The translations under genes were made by a program, and so were the position numbers. The notes under the pieces were generated by a model, which had not been told where the DNA came from, did no database searches, and saw nothing but the letters and a program-made list of their open reading frames with translations. DNA of 64,000 bases from Schizochytrium sp. TIO01 (lineage: Eukaryota > Protista > Bigyra: Labyrinthulomycetes): the NCBI GenBank assembly GCA_004764695.1, contig SMSO01000025.1:4876862-4940861 (forward strand). The letters are read 5' to 3'. Below are positions 8,794 through 20,183 of this stretch, in pieces. Numbering within the stretch: position 1 is the stretch's first letter; each line of letters starts with the position of its first letter.

Positions 8794-11331
8794 TTAATTA
8801 GGCACATACACGGCGAAACCCTCAAGTTTTGAGACATAGCGAATCGTAATGAGAGGGCCACGCGGAGCCACGAATTGTAAGCTTCCATGATTGCCGGTTT
8901 GCAGCAATTGGGTAGAGATGGTAGATGAAAGAAGACGCCTTTCCTTTGATCTATTCGATACTTCAAGACCATCTCCCATTATGGATTTTTTGTGGTTAGC
9001 GTGTATTGTAACGTTATATAACGCATTTTTCTGTAAGGACCCTAGCTTGTACGTAATTTGACGGTCTTCGTCAGAACCTCTGGCGAGCCTCAGACGTGAG
9101 GTAGACCTGGGGAAAAATTCTACAACCATGGATTTGTGTACATTGAAGGAAAATTCGGAAACGTCAAAGGGATTCACAAGAACTTCGTCAAACCCTATCT
9201 GAATCCCAAATTTAACATGATGAAGAAGCATTGCCACCACACTAGGATATTCAAAATATTGAGGTGTTCTCTCAACGCGCAAGGTGCCATCGCAATTCAA
9301 CCTTTCATTGAGAAAGGTGCTGTTCATCAAAGTATACTGAAGCGGTTCCAGAATAAAATTTCGAAACCCGTCGTTGTCACCGAGGCGTCGGCGCGCCAAT
9401 GCATCGAACCATGCAATGCGTCCCATTCCACATGCCGAGTCCCCCGTGTTACCCATGGTTGTATCTTTAGGTCCGTAGTATTTCTCACTAACCCAAGTAG
9501 CTGATCTTCTACATTTTCCTGAATCAATTCGTGCAAGCACGCGCCGAGCTTTTTCTTCATCTGCTACAAAGCTCGCAGCAATCAAGTTTGCATCATAATC
9601 AATAAAGTCTCGAAATGAGCGTTCGTCAGGATAGTTCCATTGAGTTACATAGTGATCATCTCTCCAGAGATATTTATTCATACTTTCCTTTATCTGGAGA
9701 CTAAGCTCACGTAACATTTGGGCTCCAGTTTGATTTCCCACAGCGTTTTCTGCATCTGCAAACTCTCCAAGAAAACCCACTAAGGCTGCATTCGTATCAG
9801 TTGTGAAGTTCGACCTTAAGAACACATCAATCATTAGACTGCCTGGGACGTTGGCGAGCTTGAGGTTTATATCAATTTGATTGATAAGGTAGCTTGCTGC
9901 AAGTCGCAGTTTCGGTATATAAAGTCTTAACCATCTGAAATCTCCGGTTGTTTTGGCATAATTCAAAGCTGAAAGTATCCAAAATAAGTTTGGTCCTGTC
10001 TGTGTCTCTCCACTGATTGCAACAAATTGAGGCTCGACTCCAATAAAGTGATGTGGAAGTTGCCCTCGATCCGTAAGGAAATCTCCACTGCGCTCGATTA
10101 CCTGTCGTACTTGATCCTGTAGAAATGGGTCATGACTCCAAAGCAGAGCTGCGGTGCAAAGGAAACTATCTGGGTCAAAGAAGTTATAATTGTTTTCGTA
10201 CCCACGTGTGGGGGATGCGACGGTAGGAGATATTTGTGAAACTGTAAGATTATTTGCCACTGCATTTGGATGTGTCATAAGAGTCCCCACCGATGTAGCA
10301 TAAATACCGGTCAAAAACGTAGAAATATCAAGTTCACTGGACCTTTGGGGTAACTTGCGGGAGGGTAAAGCAGCTACAGGAAAATCGTGATTGTTAGCAC
10401 CAACGCGTAGAGTATAATTCCACATCTCGGGTCGATGGTTAGAATAGAAACTTTCAAGTTTGTTTGACTCTGCCAGGCGTGGACCCCAGAGGTTGTAAGC
10501 GCTTGTATTTCCATCAAAAAATACCCCCCCAAGGTGAATTTCAAGTCCTGAAAGAGTCACGTGAGAATTTTGTTCGTCTTTCATATCACTAATACCTCCC
10601 CGGCAATGTAGTACGGTATTCACTTTTGCGTCATCTAGAAATACAATATCGATACTACGATTTCCACTTTGTTGTACCTGGTTGGCGTAGCTATTTTTGC
10701 CAAGTGCATATACTCGTTGTAAAGGCTCGGGGCTTGGAAAGAACACATTTGGCACTGAAGCATTTCTCATTTGAACAACGCTATTTTGATAAAAGGCGTA
10801 AATTGAAGCTGGAGAGAAGTTCCACTGATGAAAGACAGCAAATTGAGAAAGATATTGTGACTCAATAATGCCTTCAAAGCGTATATCGAAAAATCGGTCC
10901 TCCTTAGAAAGTTTGATCGTCCAAGTCTCTGATATAAAGTTATCTCCAATATTGCCAAGACGAATAATTTTAGTAGAACTTGAATTCTTCACAACTGTTA
11001 TTTCTGGTGTTCCAGTAGAGTCTGCGAAGATAATCTTTCCCGAAGAGACGTTTTGACGCTTAAGAGCAAACGCGTCTACCGAAAGGAGGTTCACACCAAA
11101 GCTTGCGCAGCCACTATAATCTCCACGAATAGAGATAATCTTGTCAGCTTGACCTTCTATACAAATGAAGGGATTCTGCAGAGTGAATCTATTTTGCTTA
11201 AGCTGTGAAAAGTGAAGTTCCATTTTGCCATTCTCACAGGCTGACTGTGGAGCAATAGCATTGCACATTACAAGCCAGCCAGAAGCAAGTAAGAGAAGTA
11301 TTCTCATGAATACAACATTATAAAAATGCAT
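8794..11331 (-). CDS. Secreted six-hairpin (alpha/alpha)6 glycoside hydrolase-like protein, family unassigned
   Basis: 845 aa with an N-terminal signal peptide (MRILLLLASGWLVMCNA) and many NxS/T sequons. The helical barrel-type segments FFDPDSF, GQLPHHF, NYAKTTGDFRWL, IKESMNKYLWRDDHY and DYDANLIA resemble GH37/63/78/116-like enzymes. Confidence 0.7.
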   Translation of the reverse strand: MHFYNVVFMRILLLLASGWLVMCNAIAPQSACENGKMELHFSQLKQNRFTLQNPFICIEGQADKIISIRGDYSGCASFGVNLLSVDAFALKRQNVSSGKIIFADSTGTPEITVVKNSSSTKIIRLGNIGDNFISETWTIKLSKEDRFFDIRFEGIIESQYLSQFAVFHQWNFSPASIYAFYQNSVVQMRNASVPNVFFPSPEPLQRVYALGKNSYANQVQQSGNRSIDIVFLDDAKVNTVLHCRGGISDMKDEQNSHVTLSGLEIHLGGVFFDGNTSAYNLWGPRLAESNKLESFYSNHRPEMWNYTLRVGANNHDFPVAALPSRKLPQRSSELDISTFLTGIYATSVGTLMTHPNAVANNLTVSQISPTVASPTRGYENNYNFFDPDSFLCTAALLWSHDPFLQDQVRQVIERSGDFLTDRGQLPHHFIGVEPQFVAISGETQTGPNLFWILSALNYAKTTGDFRWLRLYIPKLRLAASYLINQIDINLKLANVPGSLMIDVFLRSNFTTDTNAALVGFLGEFADAENAVGNQTGAQMLRELSLQIKESMNKYLWRDDHYVTQWNYPDERSFRDFIDYDANLIAASFVADEEKARRVLARIDSGKCRRSATWVSEKYYGPKDTTMGNTGDSACGMGRIAWFDALARRRLGDNDGFRNFILEPLQYTLMNSTFLNERLNCDGTLRVERTPQYFEYPSVVAMLLHHVKFGIQIGFDEVLVNPFDVSEFSFNVHKSMVVEFFPRSTSRLRLARGSDEDRQITYKLGSLQKNALYNVTIHANHKKSIMGDGLEVSNRSKERRLLSSTISTQLLQTGNHGSLQFVAPRGPLITIRYVSKLEGFAVYVPN

Positions 11332-13107
11332 CTGGAGTTTCAGGTAATTGACAGAATATTTAGCGGGACAGAGGCCCAGCGTTTATTCGAGAAAACCTGA
11401 AGTCTACAGACTTGCAGAAAGATTTCAAACGAAGAGCTCACTTAGATCTTCCCTTAAGAGCTTATGTCCTACACCGTAGAGTATGCAGCAACAACACCCT
11501 ACCTTTGTCTTCAAAATGTAGAACTATTTGAACTTGAAGATTGAAAAGGCTGAAAAAATAGTGGTCTCACCAGAAAGAAGAGTAGCTATCAACGGTCTTG
11601 CGTAGCTAGTGCAATTGTCTTGCTTGCTTGTTTTCCTCCTTTTCTTCGACGCGGTTCTTCGTTAAATGCTAGTCGCGTTCCTTCCTCGGCCCAGCTAGTT
11701 CTTGGTAAAGCTGAGGATTTGAGGATGAGACAAAGTCGAAGCTTTCGAGGTTTCACGCACGCTCCGACTTTTGTCAAAGACACTTCGCTTACTTGAGGGA
11801 CTGTTCTGACACCTAAGAACACAAATAAGCGTGTGGTCAGTGGTGTGATTTGCAAGACAAGAGGATCTTGCTGGGGCTTGTGGCTAGATCTTGACTCATG
11901 TCAATTCAACACTCGACCAGTACTAACTATACCCGTTTCCATCCTGCCCATAGATTACTAAAAGGATATTTATATTATATTACTAAAAGGAAAGAAAAGA
12001 TATTTTCATGGCGATCAAGTCCTAGTAGATGAAATAACTTGATTAGAAGATTGTCTTAAGAAGATGGACGATATCGCAGAAACTTGACTTCTTGCTTTGG
12101 AGATTACCTTTTAAGATGAATCTTGTTTTCCAAAAACATTTAACCGTAACTTAACTGTGAAACTAAGAATCTGTTCTCCTTGTTCTTGTTCTTGTTCTTT
12201 TAATATTTTTAATATTTTTAACAATTTCCATAGTGGAAAAAGAAGGGAAAACTAAAGATTGAAAATAGTCAATCAAACAGATTTAATATCGATGGTTAGT
12301 TACAAGTCAATGCATGTGCGTGTGCAAACCAAACTCAACGCATACCTTGAACGATCAACTACTTATTGCATCCTACCTACATTTCATGTTGTATCATCTA
12401 TAGATTCTTTAATTAAAATAACATAGAATTAAGAACTTCAAAAACTGTCAGCAATACCTATGCAACTAAAAAAACTTGCCTGAGTAATGATTGATCAACC
12501 CAAATCGGGCTTGACTAATCGAGTGGTACTGCTAATGCGAACATTGCATACCTCAACCCAACCTAGACGCAGTCATTTAGTAAAAACTTATTTTTGGAAA
12601 CGTTGCTAGCTAGAGATAAAATTGTTCATTTTAAATCTATTCTGTTTCAAAACCAAGCTTCGATGAATTCATCAACCAAGGGAACATCGCTGATAACTCG
12701 GTATTTTAGCAATGTTGCTATTTTGAATGGCGATGGAGAACATGAAGCAATTCCAAACGCATAAGCCAAATGAAAAGCATCAGGATATCAAAAGCTAAGG
12801 ATAATGAAATCCTGCTTGAGGAATAAACTCGATTTGATGAGTTTTGGGATTTCACCCGGCAACAAAAATATAGATACACTACTACTAATAGTAGGTAATA
12901 TGATTAGTAAGCTATTAATGTAAAGAAAAAAGAAACAATTGGAAAAACCAACAAAGAAACCACGCAGCGCAGGCAACCATTCGAGTCCAAACAGACTAGA
13001 TTACGTACCTGCAAGTGCAACCGAATATTTCATAGTTATTAGCCCGTACCCAAGTATTCAAGGGGCTTGCTCTTGTAACATTATCTGCCAGGAGTAAAGC
13101 GCACAGG

Positions 13108-14565
13108 ATGGAAACGAACAAGGAGACTACCACGATGCAAAATGAACGCAGCGAAGGAGGTGGCGTCAAAACTGTCTATGTCGAAATTGGCCTCACCCGT
13201 GAGGCGGCAGGGTTAAGTACAGAAGAAAAAGATGAACTTGCTCGCGCGGTGGAGAATGCCCTGGTCTCAAATTTTGACGTTCTTTCTCCAGAGACTAAAG
13301 TTGACCTGACTAAGCTTGGGTTGCCCACGACAGTTTGTGCCTGCATTTTCGATGTTCGTGTGGATTGTGCATCACCTTGTGCCTGCTGGAATGCGTCGTT
13401 TCAAACACAGGTTTTTCTGCTCCATGAAGAAGGCTCATACGACGAGACTACCGAAGATGATCCAACATCGACGGTATTTACGCATTGGGAACTGCCAGCC
13501 AAACAATTTCATGGTCTATGGGAAAGCCTGGAATATGAAGCTGGTATCAAACCACATTTATTGGAGTTTGCATCGACATCACTGTTGTTTTCAGCTAAAA
13601 ATGTGGATCACAATTTGATCTCATGGAACCATGTGGTTCTTTTACATGGACCTCCAGGTACTGGGAAAACCTCTCTCTGCCAAGCTGTTGCTCAGAAGCT
13701 CAGTATTCGTCTTGCCAAGACATTTCCACGAGCAGAGTTGCTGGAGATAAACTCGCACAGCCTTTTCAGCAAATGGTTCTCAGAGTCAGGGAAACTAGTC
13801 TCTAAGTTGTTTTCCTATATCCACGAACTAGCCGAAGATGAGGAAACTTTAGTATGCATTCTCATTGACGAAGTGGAAAGCCTTGCTGCAGCACGCTCTG
13901 CGTCTATGAATGGCTCAGAGCCTTCTGATGCCATTCGCGTCGTAAACTCACTTCTCACTCAAATTGATCGACTCAAGGTAAGTTACAAATGTTTGACGGC
14001 AAGTCACACGAAGCAAAGGGCACTCTTTAGAAGCAAGTGTCATCAACATGTAAAGTAACTTTGATGATAAAACCCAGAGTTATATGGCAAACTGCCCAAT
14101 TGAATACAGAGTTGAGGAAGGGTTTTGGTTTCTGATGTCTAACGTTCTGAACACATTGAAATCTAATGTATAATTCCTCAGTCTCGGAAAAATGTAATCG
14201 TTCTAACCACGAGTAATATTACAGAAGCAATTGATGTGGCCTTTGTTGACAGAGCTGACATTCGTCAGTACATTGGCCTTCCTGTTGAAAGGGTCCGTCG
14301 CAGCATTCTCGCCTCATGTATAGGTGAGCTACAGCGAGCAGGAATCATAGCACCAACGGAGTGGACAGCAGCAAATAATCTAGCACTAACAGAATGTGCA
14401 AAAGTAACTCAAGGCCTCAGTGGCCGGGGTCTCCGCAAACTTCCATTTCAGGCACATGCAAGATTCATCAGAAGCTCCGGACCAGTGCAACTTGATATCT
14501 TTCTCCAAGCTGTTCACGACGCTGCAATTGCTGAAGCAGAATCCTCAGCTAAAGCTTCAGCCTGA
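13108..14565 (+). CDS. PCH2: Pachytene checkpoint protein 2 / TRIP13 AAA+ ATPase; exons 13108-13977 and 14182-14565, 417 aa
   Basis: Walker [31 protein letters not shown], Walker B LIDEVESL and [20 protein letters not shown]. Splicing joins in frame to [26 protein letters not shown] and [10 protein letters not shown]. Confidence 0.96.
13978..14181 (+). other. Spliceosomal GT-AG intron (204 nt, phase 0) in PCH2
   Basis: Donor AAG|GTAAGT, branch-like CTAAT near 14163, acceptor TTCCTCAG|. Removing it restores the conserved TRIP13 sequence. Confidence 0.93.
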
Positions 14566-15140
14566 GCTCTAGCATCAGCAAGTTTCCGCACAAAATTCTC
14601 TAGCTGCAATCTTGTACACATCATTTTGAGAGTTGAAAATGTATCTGCTTCATAGTTTTGAGACGTAATCTCTAAAAACAATATTGGGCATTGCCACATT
14701 CCAAGCAGTGAACTACCTCGTACTTTGTAGTCCAAGGACCATTTGATATCCGTAATTTCAGCCAAAGGCAGGCTCGAAAGCCCCATTCCTATCGAACCTC
14801 GAAGTTGACACTCGTTCATTGAGCACAGCGCTGGTATTAACTTAGTTTGCACCAGCCGTTGCAAGCTATCATCCTCATCAACTATGGAAGTTAATATCTC
14901 TTCACGTGCCTCGGCTGCGAAGGCTTCTAAGAAAAAACTAGCTATTGCAAGAGCTAAGCTATCAATACCATCAGACGAATATTCACTTCGGGCTTTTTCT
15001 TGTTCATTCGAAATTTTCCGTTCAACAAGACCTATACCCAAAAGTTCGCAAGCTGCAGACACGAGAACGTCGACCTCACCCTCAGGAAGCGAGGCTACGC
15101 AAATCAATCCAGCTTTGACTTCATCTCCCAACACAAACAT
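14514..15140 (-). CDS. COMMD3: COMM domain-containing protein, most like COMMD3
   Basis: 208 aa. C-terminal COMM domain EITDIKWSLDYKV...MMCTRLQLENFVRKLADA resembles COMMD3 HITDVSWRLEYQI...FSCSMEQLQDLVGKLKDA. N-terminal ASFFLEA also fits. Confidence 0.75.
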   Translation of the reverse strand: MFVLGDEVKAGLICVASLPEGEVDVLVSAACELLGIGLVERKISNEQEKARSEYSSDGIDSLALAIASFFLEAFAAEAREEILTSIVDEDDSLQRLVQTKLIPALCSMNECQLRGSIGMGLSSLPLAEITDIKWSLDYKVRGSSLLGMWQCPILFLEITSQNYEADTFSTLKMMCTRLQLENFVRKLADARAQAEALAEDSASAIAAS

Positions 15141-17688
15141 GCTGCGGAATATCTAGCGACTAGCAAGCGGTTAGAAGCAACACTTGTGCCGGTGCGGTAT
15201 CTCCCGGCGCTAAGTTAGGGTCTCTTGCTTTCTCCGTTTATTGTTGCTGGGTTCTGAAAAGGTCCGTAAGTCAAACCTCTGCCTTACTTATTGCTTGTCT
15301 GCGTTATTTACTTTACTTCTTGTTACACAGCCTCCCAGGTAGCTAGCCAGCTACTAGGTGCTGTTGCTATATTATTTTTAATTTTAAAAGTTTAAAAACA
15401 ATAAAAAGTATCTAATACATATGCCTATACGTATTTTTTTCTACCTCTAGCTAGGTACTCCTTTAGATCAAGGGTGTACAACTCTCACTAGTAAAAGCAA
15501 CTCCTAAACTTAAGGTAAAAGAATTAAGCTTGATAAAAACTCGGGCCAAAAAAATCACTCGTTACCTTCAATTCTTTGTGCATGCTACTAAAATATTCGA
15601 ATAATCATAATGATACATTATTGGTAACCATGGTGGGCTTGATTTTTTTTTAAAAAGTGGAATCAATTCTTACTTACTTACTACATGCAGCATATATTAT
15701 GTATATATACACTAGTAAGTGCGCGTAATGAGAAAAACATTACCTTATTCTTGATTTGTTCTCCATTAACTTTCGATCATGTTGGTACTACCAAGTCCTA
15801 AATAAAATAACATTATAAAGCAATCTGAGGACTCGATCATATCGGATTAATCCATAGATCTCATTTTTATCTTTTTTGGATTTTAAAATACCTTGCTTCC
15901 ATCAAAACGTCATGCAATTAAAACAGGGATTGAAATGAATGCACTCATTATTTTTGGCAATACATTGCGCAAGATACTGACTGACATTTCGTCAGACATA
16001 AACCTATACATTTTTTACATTTTCACTTTTCTTATTGCTATGGCCTGTTGAATAACAAATAGATGGAATTATATATTTATTACAATAAAATAGAAAATTA
16101 TTGATATATTTCAAATTTATCAAAATTTATTTTGTATATTCAAGTAATTATAATAAAAAATAAAATAAATTATAATATTTTGTAACTTTTTGATATTTTA
16201 CTATAAAGTTTGACTTAAACTATGTTACTTTGGGGACAATCAATATTAAAAATGAACATTTGAAGAAAAAGAAAATAAAGAATTGTAGTATATTTCATGT
16301 AGAAAGCTTTCTTACGAATTTTTCATGTGATTTCTTCAAAATAACTTCAGCAAGGAACACTGCCACAGTATCATGGTAACCTATAAGTTAAGTTCTACAG
16401 ACCTACATCGTCTTTTGAGAATATAATGGTAATGCAATAAATAAATATGACTGTCTACAAACAAAACACACTTATTATATAATGATGAATAGATAAATGA
16501 ATGTACTAGTATTATTTTTTTACTGACATCAGTTGTATACTTCTAAGAATCTTACTACTAACTATTTAAAAGTAAAAAATAAAAATACACAGGGACACTC
16601 TGAGAGCTCTCAATCGCCAATGTATACTGTACTGTACACCTTAATTCTATGAAAGTTTGTAATAACATAATATATATAATATAGGGAGAACAGAACGAAG
16701 AACATAAAGAATGTTTTTTCCTCTGGTGTAGTGAATTGTCTTCTTGAGATTGCTTTTCTTCATAAATCATATTTTATTTCTAAAACAATATATATATCAA
16801 ATTTTTCTCATATATGTCACAATGGATTCCCTGAAATTGTGTTTCAATGATACAGATGTGCAACTAACTACTAACTAACTAGTCATCTCGTTGTTTCTAT
16901 TATTCAAAATAAGAAAGAATAACATGAAATTAAAACTACAGCCCTCCAAATGATGGATCTCTGGTTGGATGGTTCGTTATACAGATAGTGTTTATGAGCC
17001 TAAGTCTAATGCATTGCCAAGTTATTATATATTCTTCACGCGCCTACCATAGCTTATTGACATTTAATTTCAACTCTACCATACTCCACAAAACGTATGT
17101 TTGTTGTAGTATTACTTGTCATTGGTTTTCATTGATGAGAGAAGTCGAGAACTATCCAGTACATTTCCTTCAGAAATCATACTTTCATACGCAGCTGAGT
17201 ATGGCGTAAAGAATGCACAATTGCCTTGTTGTCAGTTATTTTGACAATCGTAAATAATAAGTCGATTATTTGTTTGTTTGTGTTTGTTTTTTTCAAACTG
17301 AGCTGATAAAAGTAAGCACAATTCTCGAACCATCGTTTCAGCTCTTACAAAAGCTATTGATAACAATGAGACGAAGTCACACTTGCTTGCGAGGAAAAGA
17401 AGCCTTTGCTTATTTTCAGAAAATCAGTAAATCAAGTGATAAGGCAAGTAAAACAACAAACGAAGAAAGGTCACTTCTTAAAGAAACAAGTAGTAGCGAA
17501 ACAACTCGTTTTTGGCATTGTAAAATATCTAAAATAAAACCAAAAAACAATATCTTTAAAATTAGCCTAACTTCGCAAGCAAACCCGAAATTATGGCATC
17601 TGTACAAACTCTGCTTTGTAGAAAGTTATCCCTGCCCGGTGATGTTGAGGTGCATGATCTTCAGTGAAATATTAAAAGCAGCTTGAAA

Positions 17689-18690
17689 TTAGCTGCGGAA
17701 GCGACGGTAAAGGATTATAGCAAGAAGAATGGCTAAGTACCACTTGAGGTTACTTCCTTTATAACGAGCCATAGCCATCTTCTTTCCATTGCGCGGGGCA
17801 GCAGCCGGGAGAACAGCCGATGAACGATTATCGCTCGTGGTGAGGATCGTATCTCTCATAGATTCCGGCAAAGCTGCTATGGGGCCTATAACATACTGAG
17901 AGTCGAAGCCAACTCGATAACGGTACTGAGGGGTGGAGGAAGTGATTGCATCCATCATGGCTTGAGGGACAAGCTCGCTGTTTGTGTTGCCAAGATCTAC
18001 CAGAGCCTTTCCAAGTTGCATTCGAAAATGCTCGTAGTACTCTTCGCCATATGCCTTCTTGATATCCTCCGGCTGCTTATTCCATACGGCATCCCATCCA
18101 GTTTGAAAGGAGTCATAAAGCCCTGTTTTGCTGAACACGCCAGGCTCGATAATATGGACTGTAGCACCCCATGGAAGCAAATCTGTTCGCAGCACATCGC
18201 TGAATGCCTCAACACCATATTTAGAAATACAATACGCAGCTTGGCTTGGAATTGCCAAACGTCCAGCAATACTTGCCACGTTAATGACTCGGCCTTGAGA
18301 ATCACGAATCAACGATAGCACCGACTTTGTCACCATGACAGTACCCATCACATTGACATTGAAGAGTCGGTGATAAACGTCTGTATCAACCATTTCGATA
18401 GGCCCAGGGGCAATGAGAAGCCCGGCATTATTTACGACGGCGCGTAAAGTTGAATTCGGACGTGCAGATAGGTGATCTTTAATTTTTTTGCTGCAGGAAT
18501 CCACAGAAGCCTGGTCACTTACATCAAGCTGTATGCCTACAACCCGGTCCGAGGAGTTCTCTTTAAGTTTTTCCACAGTCTCAGATAAAAAGCAACCCGC
18601 AAACACTCCATACTTCCCTTCTTCATCAAGCATTTTAATGAGAATTGAGCCGAAGCCTGTATCGCAGCCGGTTACATAGACATACTCCAT
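17689..18690 (-). CDS. Short-chain dehydrogenase/reductase, RDH/17-beta-HSD/BDH1-like, with a C-terminal membrane anchor
   Basis: TGCDTGFG cofactor motif, VVNNAG, catalytic S...YCISK, IIEPG, and hydrophobic tail WYLAILLAIILYRR. Confidence 0.92.
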   Translation of the reverse strand: MEYVYVTGCDTGFGSILIKMLDEEGKYGVFAGCFLSETVEKLKENSSDRVVGIQLDVSDQASVDSCSKKIKDHLSARPNSTLRAVVNNAGLLIAPGPIEMVDTDVYHRLFNVNVMGTVMVTKSVLSLIRDSQGRVINVASIAGRLAIPSQAAYCISKYGVEAFSDVLRTDLLPWGATVHIIEPGVFSKTGLYDSFQTGWDAVWNKQPEDIKKAYGEEYYEHFRMQLGKALVDLGNTNSELVPQAMMDAITSSTPQYRYRVGFDSQYVIGPIAALPESMRDTILTTSDNRSSAVLPAAAPRNGKKMAMARYKGSNLKWYLAILLAIILYRRFRS

Positions 18691-20183
18691 GGTATTTTCT
18701 TGAGAGAAGTTATATTGATATGACTCGTTGTATAATATCTTGGTTTCACTTGCTTACCAAATGAAGGAGAGCTGGGAATGAAATCGGCAGAGGTTAGTTA
18801 GTTCATCATGACAATGCTTGTTTTGCGCAGAATATGAAGGAAAGGTATTTTTCAAACACAGATGGGTCTGATTGTCTGCAAAGTTAAGAGCGGAAGACAT
18901 TACATGTTATCAAGTAAACGCATACCAGTCCTGGTGCAGAACGTTACTGTCCTGAGCTGCGTTGGCGATGAATTTAGCTGAAGAGATTTCGTCCCGTCTG
19001 CATCTGATGTAGCAAAACAATCAAACTGTTCAGGGATGCTCTATTCACTGAAGTCAACATTCTCAAAGAAAACATTTGGTCAAGTGGTAGACAGATCATC
19101 CGCGTTATCTTCGTCTCTACTGAACGTACCTTGAGATATCTTTGGTCAATCAATCAGGTTTTGCTGTCAATTTCTGGATTCAGGCTGCTCTGCGGGGCTA
19201 TTTTTTATTTTATTTTAAAAGGAGGGACCTAGGTAGGTAAGTAAGGTAAGCAGTCCATTTCTAAGAAAGTTATATCGCCTTGCTTTCGCAACATCTAACA
19301 TTTATTCGATTGAAGCAGACCAGAAAAGCCTTATATATTTTTTAAAACATAGATGGTATGCAGCATTCACGAATCCTCAAATGATTCGAAGCGGAAACTT
19401 TCTAGACACGAGCTTCTTGTGAAAATATATGGGTAGGTACATACATACCTCCCAGTCAATACCAAGTTGTTTTTTATTAATTTTATTTTAAAAGAGAAAG
19501 AAGAAAGAACTTGGTAAACTTTATTTTGGCCGTATACTTTTATATTAAAAACAAATACAACAAACAAAAATGTTAAGATCCATGGAGGCGGACCGACAAC
19601 CTACCATGGTATACCCTTATATCAATTCTATTTTCTTTTCTTTTTTAATTTAATATTGAAAGCGGCACCTTTCGAAGACAGCCAAAGTCAATGTATATAT
19701 ATATAATTGGTTATGCTATATTAAAAAAAGAAAGAAGAATACAAAACACGTTGCATGATATTCCAGTGGCATAGACAAACGCAGTATCAGCAACATCCGT
19801 TATGTGTTGTTGACATTAAAAATGAGACGAAATCTTAAAGAGATATATTCCGCTTTTGGTGGATATTCGCTAAACAAATCGGGCTGCTTAATGATATAAA
19901 AGACATGTCCTGTATGTTCAAAAAAAGCTTGCCATGCTGTAAAGCTGAACATTTCCGTGAACAAACCAGGCTGCTTTGAGTTGAATTGCGTGTTTATGAT
20001 TGTGTTTCGATGATGCCATTTTCGCATGCATATACATATTTCTTTATTCCGAAGGCGAGTGAAGATGAGAATACTAGGTACTGTATACCTAAGGTAATTC
20101 ATTTTTTGAAGCAAAAAAATAGCAAAGTTCCATTTTGCATACCATCAAAACTACAAAAAAAGTATGTCAGTATTCGACGCTCG

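Noticed and set aside
6999-11331. Lower GC of arsJ and the glycosidase as evidence of horizontal transfer
   Set aside because: Native genes here (PCH2, COMMD3, CCDC13) look similarly AT-shifted relative to RRP5 and SEC23, so composition more likely tracks expression level. Only phylogeny can decide.
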